The notes beneath the pieces were generated by a model. That model was not told the origin of the DNA. It ran no database searches and saw nothing but the letters and a program-made list of their open reading frames with translations. Made by a program: the position numbers and the translations under genes. A DNA stretch of 64,000 nt from Macrostomum lignano (taxonomy: Eukaryota). Shown one piece after another: positions 12,051 through 24,300 of this stretch. Position 1 is the first letter of the stretch, and each line of letters opens with the position of its first letter. The DNA lies in assembly GCA_002269645.1 (NCBI GenBank), contig NIVC01003808.1, forward strand, positions 11,940 through 75,939, written 5' to 3'.

Positions 12051-12522
12051 GTGGGGTTAGAGAGTGGGCGCCAAAGTACTAGGGCTCGATTCCTGGGCGT
12101 CAGCTGTACACTACTCTTTTATAGACGTTAATCAAACAAATAAAAGACAGGCAGCCCAAGAATTCAATCCAAGAAAAAGGCGAGAACAGCAACAGCCAAT
12201 TCGGACGCACACGGAGAGACGGCACAATTAAGCGATGAAGTTAATCTCGCGAATTGCGCTCTCTGCGTGTGCGCTTGAATCATCATCACTTGACCAGCAG
12301 TTCTGCATCAATGAGCATCATTGCTTTATTAAATTTATATATAGTTACTAAACTAATCTGGTTAACAAAGTCACAGGGAAGTATAGGCTCGAAATTGGGA
12401 TAAAGTGAGTCATAGAAGCATAGCAGAGAGAAAAAATTCAGGCGTTACACATGCAGTTTGAATATTTTTACTATCATCATTTTATCGTGTGTAAGAAACC
12501 GTGCTTGCTTATGATTAGAAGT

Positions 12523-13719
12523 TCACTTCTTCTTGGCGGTGAGACCTGCGCCAGCGTTGAACTTGAAGAAGATAATATCCCCGTCCTGCACCACATAGTC
12601 CCTGCCCTTCTGCTTGTATTTGCCTTTGGCTTTCACCTCGCTCTCCGAGCCGCACTCTTTATAATCTTCGAAGCTCATAACCTCGGCCATGATGAAGCCA
12701 TTCTCCATGTCGGAGTGAATCTTGCCGGCAGCCTGAGGCGCTTTAGTATTTAGCGGAATTGTCCAAGCTTTCACTTCGTCTTTGCCGGCGGTAAAAAAGT
12801 ACTGCAGCTGCAGAGCCTTGTAGCCGGTTGAGATGATTTTGCCCAGAGCCGAGCTCACCCCGTGCTCCTTAGAGAACTCAGCCCTCTGCTCATCGGTCAT
12901 GTCCGCCCATTTAAACTCCAGCTCAGCGGACAGCGGGATCACTGCGGCTCCCGGATCGTGCTGGTCAATCCACTCCTTGATCTTTGGCAACCATTTGTTC
13001 TTCTTCCGAATGAAGTCCTTCTCGCTCAGGTTAACCAGGTACACGATTGGCTTAGCGGTGATGAACAGGTGCTCGTTGAGCAAATCGATTTCTTTGTCAT
13101 TCCACTGCTCGAACCGAAGCGACCGTTTCTCCTCGACAACGATCCGGTGCACCTTCTGGAAGGCTTCAAACAGCGCCGTTTTGGACTTGTCGCCGCCGCG
13201 GGTGACCACCTTCTCCAGCTTCTCAAACTCCTTCACAATGTAGGCCTCATCTTTCAGCCGGAGCTCCTCGGAGATGATTTCAAGATCGCGGATGGGATCT
13301 ACTTCGCCTTCAATGTGGGTGACCTCCTGGCAGTCGAATGCGCGCACCATGTGGAACAGCGCGTCAACGCCGCGGATATTGCTAAGGAAAGCGTTGCCAA
13401 GGCCCTGGCCTTCGCTGGCGCCTTTAACTAGGCCTGCAATGTCCCAGACATTGAGATAGGCGGGCACCCTGCTGGCAGGCTTCCAGTGCTCGCACAGCCA
13501 TTCCCACCTGTCGTCTGGCACAGCCACCCGGCTCTCGTGCGGATCAATAGTGCAAAATGGGAAATTCTCGGCCGGAGCCGAGCTCTTCGTCAGCACGTTG
13601 AAGAATGTACTTTTGCCAACGTTGGGCAGGCCGACAATGCCGATCTTGAGGTTGCTGCCCATCCGGCCAATGATTGGCGGGTTTTTCGGCTCATCTGCTC
13701 CCTTCTTCTTTGGCGGCAT
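12523..13719 (-). CDS. OLA1: Obg-like ATPase 1 (YchF family), intronless, 398 aa
   Basis: Single ORF with [14 protein letters not shown] (G1), NFPFCTIDP (G2), [20 protein letters not shown] (G3), the NLSE G4 variant typical of OLA1, and a TGS domain ([17 protein letters not shown]...[10 protein letters not shown]). AATAAA on the minus strand at ~12324-12329. Confidence 0.97.
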   Translation of the reverse strand: MPPKKKGADEPKNPPIIGRMGSNLKIGIVGLPNVGKSTFFNVLTKSSAPAENFPFCTIDPHESRVAVPDDRWEWLCEHWKPASRVPAYLNVWDIAGLVKGASEGQGLGNAFLSNIRGVDALFHMVRAFDCQEVTHIEGEVDPIRDLEIISEELRLKDEAYIVKEFEKLEKVVTRGGDKSKTALFEAFQKVHRIVVEEKRSLRFEQWNDKEIDLLNEHLFITAKPIVYLVNLSEKDFIRKKNKWLPKIKEWIDQHDPGAAVIPLSAELEFKWADMTDEQRAEFSKEHGVSSALGKIISTGYKALQLQYFFTAGKDEVKAWTIPLNTKAPQAAGKIHSDMENGFIMAEVMSFEDYKECGSESEVKAKGKYKQKGRDYVVQDGDIIFFKFNAGAGLTAKKK

Positions 13720-13939
13720 TCTGCTGTATCAGGCAGATTTACTCTCGAGTTCTGGCTGGCTGTCTAGTCTGTCTCACTCGCTAACTCTGAACTGGACCTG
13801 CTGCTGCCTGACCTGCTTAGGCGCTGAAAAAGTTCAATCCGTACTTTTATTTTGTTGAATTCAATTTTAATGCTCTTAAGACTAAAATAGCAACGCAAAG
13901 CCAGTCGGAGAATATGGAAAGGTGGCAAAGAACCAGCAA

Positions 13940-14700
13940 CTGAGGATCTGGGAGGCTGGCCCAGCAACTGAGAATCTGAGAGGCTGGCACAGCAACTGAG
14001 AATCTGGGAGGCTGGCACAGCAACTGACACTCTAGGAGGCTGGCCCAACAACTGGGGATCTGGGAGGCTGGCCCAGCATGTAAAGATCTGGGAGGCTGGC
14101 CCAGCATGTAAAGATCTGGGAGGCTGGCCCAGCATGTAAAGATCTGGGAGGCTGGCCCAGCATGTAAAGATCTGGGAGGCTGGCCCAGCATGTAAAGATC
14201 TGGGAGGCTGGCCCAGCATGTAAAGATCTGGGAGGCTGGCCCAGCATGTAAAGATCTGGGAGGCTGGCCCAGCATGTAAAGATCTGGGAGGCTGGCCCAG
14301 CATGTAAAGATCTGGGAGGCTGGCCCAGCATGTAAAGATCTGGGAGGCTGGCCCAGCATGTAAAGATCTGGGAGGCTGGCCCAGCATGTAAAGATCTGGG
14401 AGGCTGGCCCAGCATGTAAAGATCTGGGAGGCTGGCCCAGCATGTAAAGATCTGGGAGGCTGGCCCAGCATGTAAAGATCTGGGAGGCTGGTCCAGCAAC
14501 TGAGGATCTGGGAGGCTGGCCCAGAAACTGAGGATCTGGGAGGCTGGCCTAGCAACTGACACTCTGGGAGGCTGGCCCAGCAACTGGGGATCTGGGAGGC
14601 TGGCCCAGCAACTAAGAATCTGGCCCAGCAACTGACACTCTGGGAGGCTGGCCCAGCAACTGGGAATCTGGCCCAGCAACTGAGGGGATCTGGGAGGCTG
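13940..14700. repeat. 28-bp minisatellite upstream of OLA1 (family A)
   Basis: Unit GGCTGGCCCAGCATGTAAAGATCTGGGA, with CAGCAACTGAGG variants at the edges. Confidence 0.95.
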
Positions 14701-15323
14701 GCGGATTCTAATACTGTCACTCTGTCATGTCTATTCCTTTCAATCGTTAGATACAAAGCAGAAACTACGAGCAGAAATATTTGATTACAAACAGCAATTT
14801 TAATCAGACAGTTTATTATCCATTACACCAATTACTTGGATGATTCTTAGTTACAAAGATTATGAAAGCTATGATAAGGTACCGGGTATATTAATGAAAG
14901 GAAGAGTAAGTATGTGATTACATCTAGCGACGCCTGCTGATAGGTGGACAGAGACAAAACAGGCGAATACAGCAAAACTATACTCAAAGAAACTAATTGT
15001 CTCAGAGCACCAAAGTGTCTCGGACGTCACCAATGTTTAAATTAATTTTGGCAACAATTTGATTGGGAGTGAACAAATATAAAGCACACCCAAACATGGC
15101 TACTAATCTAGTAGTAAGCAGCGAGTTTAAAACACACATTAGAGAAAAAACTTGAATATTACAAAGAAATGCCTTACAGAAGCAGTTTTGTGAATTTTGA
15201 ATTTTTATAATTGAACGCATATGAATTGGGCTTCAACACACGGAAAACTTTGAGCAACAATTTATCGAATAGAAACTGAACAGCAACAAGAGGAACGAGA
15301 ACGCGCAGGCATCCGTATCGGGA

Positions 15324-18300
15324 TCAGGACCAATCTTCATCCGACAGCCAGTTCAATTGGATGGCGTCCTGGCACAGGCTTGGCGGGTAGGTTTGGTATT
15401 GCAGCTCGCTTGATGGGTCCGCGTCTGCCAACGATCAATACTAATGAGCTAATAGCATGTCGCCTGGATGACACCATCCTGTTTCCTGTCTGCACCTGCT
15501 GCTTCCTGTCTGACACCATCCTGTTTCCTGTCTGCACCTTCTGCTTCCTGTCTGTCACCTGCTGTTTCCTGTCTGTCACCTGCTGTTTCCTGTCTGCCAC
15601 CTGCTGTATCCTGTCTGCCTCCTGCTGTATCCTGTCTGCCTCCTGCTGTATCCTGTCTGTCACCTGCTGTTTCCCGTCTGTCACCTGCTGTTTCCTGTCT
15701 GTCACCTGCTGTTTCCTGTCTGTCACCTGCTGTTTCCTGTCTGTCACCTGCTGTTTCCTGTCTGTCACCTGCTGTTTCCTGTCTGTCACCTGCTGTTTCC
15801 TGTCTGTCACCTGCTGTTTCCTGTCTGTCACCTGCTGTTTCCTGTCTGCCAGCTGCTGTTTCCTGTCTGCCTCCTGCTGTTCTGTCTTCCACTTGCTGTT
15901 TCCTGTCTACCATTATGCTTTTTCCTGTCTGCCACCTGCTGTTTCCTGTCTGTCACCTGCTATTTCCTGTCTACCATTATGCTGTTTCCTGTCTGCCAGC
16001 TGCTGTTTCCTGTCTGCCTCCTGCTGTTCTGTCTTCCACTTGCTGTTTCCTGTCTACCATTATGCTTTTTCCTGTCTGCCACCTGCTGTTTCCTGTCTGT
16101 CACCTGCTGTTTCCTGTCTACCATTATGCTGTTTCCTGTCTGCCAGCTGCTGTTTCCTGTCTGCCAGCTGCTGTTTCCTGTCTGCCATTATGCTGTTTCC
16201 TGTCTGTCACCTGCTGTTTCCTGTCTACCATTATGCTGTTCCCTGTCTGCCACCTGCTGTTCCCTGTCTGCCACCTGCTATTTCCTGTCTACCATTATGC
16301 TGTTTCCTGTCTACCATTATGCTGTTTCCTGTCTGCCAGCTGCTGTTTCCTGTCTGCCTCCTGCTGTTCTGTCTTCCACTTGCTGTTTCCTGTCTACCAT
16401 TATGCTTTTTCCTGTCTGCCACCTGCTGTTTCCTGTCTGTCACCTGCTGTTTCCTGTCTACCATTATGCTGTTTCCTGTCTGCCAGCTGCTGTTTCCTGT
16501 CTGCCAGCTGCTGTTTCCTGTCTGCCATTATGCTGTTTCCTGTCTGTCACCTGCTGTTTCCTGTCTACCATTATGCTGTTCCCTGTCTGCCACCTGCTGT
16601 TCCCTGTCTGCCACCTGCTGTTTCCTGTCTGCCTCCTGTAGTTTCCAATACATTCTAATTTTACGACTATCCTGATCCAACTGTTTCCACAGTGTAAATA
16701 TACTTCAGGCAAATCATTACCGTCAGAGTAGAACGGCACCGAGGTCGACTTGAAATTGCCGCCGCCGCCGCCGCCGTCGTCGTACCTGGCCAGCAGCTGG
16801 CCGACTGTCGCCGTCTCGCAGCCGAACTCCGCCAGCCGGTGCCGCAGCTCGCCGCCAGCCTCAGCCTCGCCGCTGCAATCGTCCGGCACAAGCAGAAGAA
16901 ATTCGCGGTGCCGGCAGCGCAGGCGGGTCTGCAATTCGGCGAGGCCGTCAACGCAGCCGAGCAGCCCGGCGCCGCCGGAGCCGCCTTCGCCAGGCAGCAG
17001 CGAGTCGACGGCCCAGCGGCTGGCCTCCAGCATCTCCAGACAGGCGGCCAGGCGCTGCCGCTCCGATTTGGCTTTCAACGAAGCGGCCGCGGATGCCCCG
17101 GCGGCTTCAGTCGCGGCATCTCGCAAACGGCGAAGGTCGCGAGCTCGAATCCCGATTGGCCAGCGGCTGTCGCGGCGGCCTGCGGCGGCTAACAGGCGGG
17201 TCAGGGTGTCCGGCTGGTAGCGCAGCGGGTCGCCAAGCAGCAGGCAGGGACCGCCGGTGACGGGGAAAATTGGTTGGAGAGATGAGGCCAGCGATGAGGC
17301 TGAGCTGGAGGCTGGGGAAGTGGGAATAAACAATATGGATGTGGCAATCATAAATGTGTTCATTATAGCTTAGTCTCAACTGGGAAGCTGGGAGGCTGGC
17401 CCAGCAACTGGGGATCTGGGAGGCTGGCCCAGCAACTGAGGATCTGGGAGGCTGGCCCAGCAACTGAGGATCTGGGAGGCTGGCCCAGCAACTGAGGATC
17501 TGGGAGGCTGGCCCAGCAACTGAGGGGAGCTGAGAGGCTGGCCCAGCAACTGAGGATCTGGGAGGCTGGCACAGCAACTGACACTCTGGGAGGCTGGCCT
17601 AGCAACTGACACTCTGGGAGGCTGGCCCAGCAACTGAGGGGAGCTGAGAGGCTGGCCCAGCAACTGAGGATCTGGGAGGCTGGCCCAGCAACTGAGGATC
17701 TGGGAGGCTGGCCCAGCAACTGAGGATCTGGGAGGCTGGCCCAGCAACTGAGGATCTGGGAGGCTGGCCCAGCAACTGAGGGGAGCTGAGAGGCTGGCCC
17801 AGCAACTGAGGATCTGGGAGGCTGGCACAGCAACTGACACTCTGGGAGGCTGGCCTAGCAACTGACACTCTGGGAGGCTGGCCCAGCAACTGAGGGGAGC
17901 TGAGAGGCTGGCCCAGCAACTGAGGATCTGGGAGGCAGGCCCAGCAACTGACGCTTTGGGAGGCTGACCCTGAAATCGAAGATCTGGGAGGCTGGCCCAG
18001 CAACTGAGGATCTGGGAGGCTGGCCCAGCAACTGACACGCTGAGAGGCTGGCCCAGCAACTGAGGATCTGGGAGGCTGACCCTGAAACTGAGGATCTGGG
18101 AGGCTGGCCTAGCAACTAAGGATCAGGGAGGCTGGCCCAGCAACTGAGGATCAGGGAGGCTGGCCTAGCAACTAAGGATCAGGGAGGCTGGCCCAGCAAC
18201 TGAGGATCTGGGAGGCTGGCCCAGCAACTGAGGATCAGGGAGGCTGGCCTAGCTACTGAGGATCCCTATGAGCAGTCTCACCCGTAGCAGCGCAGGCAGC

Positions 18301-21300
18301 CGCCGCAGCCGCCCTGGCCTGCTCAAAAGCCAGAAATCGAACGTCGCGCCGTTTCCGAAGCTCCAGCAGGCCGGGCAGCTGCCAGGGCAACCTGTCCAGA
18401 GCGGAGGCGTGGGCGTACACCACGAGCTGCTGCTGCTGCTGCTGCTGCAGTTGCTGAATGCCATCCCGTCGGGGTCCACGGCACTGCAGCAGCAGGGAGG
18501 CGTGCAGCGGATCGCACTGCCGATGTCCGAGGCTGGTCAGGCGGCTGGCCAGATCTGCGCACTCCGCACTGTCCGAGATGCCGACCACGTGGAAGAATGG
18601 CGGCGGTGGAGGAGGAGGCGGAGGCGGCGGCGGCACAATGGACTGCTGCTGTGGCTGCAGTAGCGCAGATAGCAGAGGAGTAGGATAGTACTAATTAGAT
18701 GACGAGACATTTAGCCTTAATAATACAGTCATAGTTACTCCTGCTGTTTACCACAAAACTGCGTTAATTTTTGCTGAGGTTTCTTTTATAGGTAGGTCGC
18801 ATTTTTGGTAAAAAAAAGTAAGTTTAAGTTCCATAGTTTCTGTAATCCATATCTCATTAGTAGTATTAAATAATTTTATAATTTTTGGGATTCTCGTGAG
18901 TTCACTTGAAAGGTCAAGGGTTCGATTCCTGATTCTACTCGAGAGTTCACCCAGCTGTAAAATGGGTAACCAGCATTAGCTGGGGTAACTGAGGGTGTGA
19001 GTGGCGAACCCCCCAGTCCTTGGACTGAACAGCCGTACGCAGCCTTCAGATGCGACGATGCGCCACGCAATAGCTGCGGCTGAGCTGTAGGTTGCACATA
19101 TGGCCCAATTGGGGCAGGTTTATCAATTATTAATATTATTATTTTGGACAGTCTTGGCCCAGCGGCTAGCAACTGACACTCTTCGAGGCTGGCCCAGCAA
19201 CTGAGGATCTGGGAGGCTGACCCTGAAACTGAGGATCTGGGAGGCTGACCCTGAAACTGAGGATCTGGGAGGCTGACCCTGAAACTGAGGATCTGGGAGG
19301 CTGACCCTGAAACTGAGGATCTGGGAGGCTGACCCTGAAACTGAGGATCTGGGAGGCTGACCCTGAAACTGAGGATCTGGGAGGCTGACCCTGAAACTGA
19401 GGATCTGGGAGGCTGACCCTGAAACTGAGGATCTGGGAGGCTGACCCTGAAACTGAGGATCTGGGAGGCTGGCTTAGCAACTAAGGATCAGGGAGGCTGG
19501 CTCAGCAACTGAGGATCAGGGAGGCTGGCCTAGCAACTAAGGATCAGGGAGGCTGGCCCAGCAATTGAGGATCAGGGAGGCTGGCCTAGTAACTAAGGAT
19601 CAGGGAGGCTTAAATTTAAAATTCAAGACTGCTTATTAATTGTCAAACTTGAATAATCCGGATTCTGCATTCTGCAACTATTGTGGTTCAGAAAAAGACT
19701 CAGCAGTGTTAAGGGTAGGGCAGAGAATTTATTGACTAGAAAAAAGGTTCAGACATACCGCATGGCTGTAATAGGCGGCAAGGAAGCTGTGATCGATCGA
19801 GCCGGCTTGCCTAGCAACGGTTGCTAGGGCGGCGGACGCCCGCTGCTGCTGCTGCTGCTTAGCGACGGCCAGAGCGGCCAGCAGTCTGGTTTGCATCTGA
19901 GCGGACAGAGGCGGCGGCTGCTGCGGCTGAGACGGTGGCGCCTCATCGTCAAGGAAAGCATCGGCCAGGCCAATCTTGTAGCTGCGGATCATCGCGTCCT
20001 GGCGTTCCCGATAGGTCAGCGCGGAGCCGCCCGCGGCCGGCTCAGCAGCGGCAGGCGGCGGCGGTGGCTGCTGCCGGGGCATTGCGAGCTGGGAATTATT
20101 GTGATGGAGATGAGGCGGTTCAGGCGACGGCCGGAGCCTGGGCGGCAAGCAGCCTGCAGCAGGGGGTAAGGAGATTGAAGCAGCTGGGAGCGTTGCGTGG
20201 GCACTGAAGGGCTTGCTAATCTAAGGGATAGAAATGAACTAACATGGATACATGTGGGCAGGTTATTAGGAAGACGCTGCTTATAGTAGTATTCGGGATT
20301 TCAGAACGCAAGTCTTCGTATAGGGGGTATTAAGAGATTTTTACTTAAAGTACCTTTACGACTTTCGGTATTTACGTTGGGAGATTTTCGGAATCAGCTG
20401 TATTGCGGGGTTTTATGAATCAGCTGAATTGGGAGATTTTGGGAATTAGCTGAATTGGGAGATTTTGGGAATCAGCTGAATTGGGAAATTTTGGGAATTA
20501 GCTGAATTCGGACTTTAGGAATTAGCTGAATTGGGGGACTTTGGGAATTAGCTGAATTGGGGGATTTTAGGTATGAGCTGAATTGGGAAATTTTTGGAAT
20601 CAGCTAAAGTGGGAGATTTTGGGAAATTGTGTGAATTTGGGATATTTCGGGAATTAGCTTAATTGGGGGATTTTGGGAATTAGGTGAATTGCACGAGGGG
20701 GGGTTCGGAATCAGCTGAATTATGAGATTTAGGAACAGTTGAGTTGGGAGATTTTGAGAATCAGCTAAATAAGGTTTTTCCTTTAAAAATGAGTTAGTTT
20801 TTTAAATCAGAGCTGTGCCAACTCAGAACTCACACTTCTGCTGAGCAATGCTTCCAGCAGCGGCAGATTCGAAAAGAATATCGCTGGGCCACTGCAAACT
20901 GGGCGCCGGCGACAAAGGTCGACGCAGAACTTGCCGTTGACAGGCGGTCATCGTCCAGTCGGACAGACCCTTTGACAGACACCGGCTGGCCGAGAACCGC
21001 CTCGGTGGCAGTGGCGGCAGGGCTCCAATCGACGCCGCTGTCAAATTCGGCAAACAGCCGTCAGCGGCTCTTAGAAACCGGCGTGCAGTCGAGCGCAGTC
21101 GATGCCGCAGTCGACGAATTCGCCGACGAACAATCGAGCCAGACTTGGCGGCGCCGTCAATCCCAGCGTCAACATCGTCGACTACATCGAACTTGTCAAA
21201 GCCGATGCTCACAGGACTGCCGACATTGCCGCCACCGCTGCCGCTGTTATCATCGCCGTCAAAATCGTCGTCGTCGCTTGTCAAAGACGCGGCCGCCGTC

Positions 21301-24300
21301 AGAGAGTCTGGATAGAGTTGGTTGATCGCCAACTGCTCGTTGCTAAGGACGCCACCGCCGCCCGCGTAGAAACCGTCCAGGTAGCGCAGTAGAGCGAAGC
21401 CGACGTTGCGAACGCTTCTTGAGCGACGCTTGGGGTCTGCGGTAAGGTCCGGAAATGTGGACTGCCAGACTAGTGAAACATGGACTACCAGACTAGTGAA
21501 ACATGGACTGCCAGACTAGTGAAACATGGATTGCAAGACTAGTGAAACATGGATTGCCAGACTAGTGAAACATGGATTGCCAGACTAGTGAAACATGGAT
21601 TGCCAGACTAGTGAAACATGGATTGCTAGACTAGGGAAATATGGATTGCTAGACTAGGGAAATATGGATTGCTAGACTAGGGAAATATGGATTGCTAGAC
21701 TAGGGAAATATGGATTGCTAGACTAGGGAAATATGGATTGCTAGACTAGGGAAATATGGATTGCTAGACTAGGGAAATATGGATTGCTAGACTAGGGAAA
21801 TATGGATTGCTAGACTAGGGAAATATGGATTGCTAGACTAGGGAAATATGGATTGCTAGACTAGGGAAATATGGATTGCTAGACTAGGGAAATATGGATT
21901 GCTAGACTAGGGAAATATGGATTGCTAGACTAGGGAAATATGGATTGCTAGACTAGGGAAATATGGATTGCTAGACTAGGGAAATATGGATTGCTAGACT
22001 AGGGAAATATGGATTGCTAGACTAGGGAAATATGGATTGCTAGACTAGGGAAATATGGATTGCTAGACTAGGGAAATATGGATTGCTAGACTAGGGAAAT
22101 ATGGATTGCTAGACTATTCAAACGACTATCAAAAGCTCGCCATACCGCCGCTATCCAACGTGCCCCGCTCCATCAGCCACTCGGTCAGGGCTGCCTGAGC
22201 GGTGCGGCCGAGCTGACGCCGCAGGTGTAGCGGCAGCGACTCCTCCAACAGGGCGGCGTTGGCCCGTCGTGTTAGTCGAGACGCCGCATCCACTGGCAGA
22301 CGGCGAAGACGTCGACGTGGGGGAAAATGGCGAGACTGCTGAGAAGGCTGCGACTGGGATTCAGCTGGAATGGTGAGGTCAGCGTGGGTGAAAATTAAAG
22401 TGCAGATGCAGCAGCCGATTGACAATCCAACTATCAGAGTAGAGTGACAATCTGACTACAGAGTGACAATCTGACTATCAGAGTGACAATTTGACTATCA
22501 GAGTGACAATTCGACTACGAGAGTGACAATCTGACTATCAGAGTGACAATTTGACTATGAGAGTGACAATTTGACTATCAGAGTGACAATCTGACTATCA
22601 GAGTGACAATTTGACTATCAGTGACAATCTGACTATCAGAGTGACAATTCGACTATGAGAGTGACAATCTGACTATCAGAGTGACAATTTGACTATGAGA
22701 GTGACAATTTGACTATCAGAGTGACAATCTGACTATCAGAGTGACAATCTGACTATGAGAGTGACAATTCGACTATGAGAGTGACATCTGACTATCAGAG
22801 TGACAATTTGACTGTCAGAGTGACAATCTGACTATCAGAGTGACAATCTGACTATGAGAGTGACAATTTGACTATCAGAGTGACAATTTGACTATCAGAG
22901 TGACAATTTGACTATGAGAGTGCAGTTTGACTATCAGAGTGACAATCTGACTATCAGAGTGACAATTTGACTATCAGAGTGACAATTTGACTATGAGAGT
23001 GACAATCCGACTATCAGAGTGACAATTCGACTATGAGAGTGACATCTGACTATCAGAGTGAGAATTTGACTATGAGAGTGACAATTTGACTGTCAGAGTG
23101 ACAATCTGACTATCAGAGTGACAATCTGACTATCAGGACTAAAATCTGGTGAGTTTTAACTTCAATAGTATACACCTGGCGCATACCTGAGCAGTCGGCA
23201 GTGGACTGAGTATTATCCCGCAAAATGACGGCCAGATTCTGTTTAAAATCTGCCAGCGCCAATTCAGCCTGGGATCTGTCACCGGAATCGGAAGCGATAG
23301 CAGCGCGACCCGAGCCGGCGGATTGGGCCAGGCCACGGCCAAGACGGCGAACTTCTGACACCAGACTGGGCGACTTGGCGAGGCAGGTGGACAGCAGGCT
23401 GTCTGAAGAGGGTTAGGGTGATGCTGCAGATAAGCTTTCATGTGAGCAGTGAGGATCTGGGAGTGCGGCAGGTGGCCCAGCAACTGAGGATCTGGGAGTG
23501 CGGCAGGTGGCCCAGCAACTGAGGATCTGGGAGTGCGGCAGGTGGCCCAGCAACTGAGGATCTGGGAGTGCGGCAGATGACCCAGCAACTGAGGATCTGG
23601 GAGTGCGGCAGCTGGCCCAGCAACCGAGGATCTGGGAGTGCGGCAAGTGGCCCAGCAACTGAGGATCTGGGAGTGCGGCAGATGACCCAGCAACTGAGGA
23701 TCTGGGAGTGCGGCAGGTGACCCAGCAACTGAGGATCTGGGAGTGCGGCAGGTGGCCCAGCAACCCAGGATCTGGGAGTGCGGCAGGTGCTCAGCAACTG
23801 AGGATCTGGGAGTGCGGCAGGTGGCCCAGCAACTGAGGATCTGGGAGTGCGGCAGCTGGCTCAGCAACTGAGGATCTGGGAGTGCGGCAGGTGGCCCAGC
23901 AACTGAGGATCTGGGAGTGCGGCAGGTGACCCAGCAACTGAGGATCTGGGAGTGCGGCAGGTGGCCCAGCAACTGAGGATCTGGGAGTGTGGCAGCTGGC
24001 CCAGCAACTGAGGATCTGGGAGTGCGGCAGGTGACCCAGCAACTGAGGATCTGGGAGTGCGGCAGGTGGCCCAGCAACTGAGGATCTGGGAGTGTGGCAG
24101 CTGGCCCAGCAACTGAGGATCTGGGAGTGCGGCAGGTGGCCCAGCAACTGAGGATCTGGGAGTGCGGCAGGTGGCCCAGCAACTGAGGATCTGGGAGTGC
24201 GGCAGGTGGCCCAGCAACTGAGGATCTGGGAGTGCGGCAGGTGGCCCAGCAACTGAGGATCTGGGAGTGCGGCAGGTGACCCAGCAACTGAGGATCTGGG

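Noticed and set aside
12040-12100. tRNA-like motif (GGGCTCGATTCCTGGG) at the end of the 21-bp array
   Set aside because: Only a B-box-like match is present, with no acceptor stem or cloverleaf.
12451-13858. Plus-strand ORFs overlapping OLA1
   Set aside because: Antisense shadows of a GC-rich CDS with no recognisable protein features.
13764-18115. Long ORFs (330, 431, 396, 227 aa etc.) in the ORF track
   Set aside because: They are translations of 21- and 28-bp minisatellites, open in several frames on both strands with periodic peptides.
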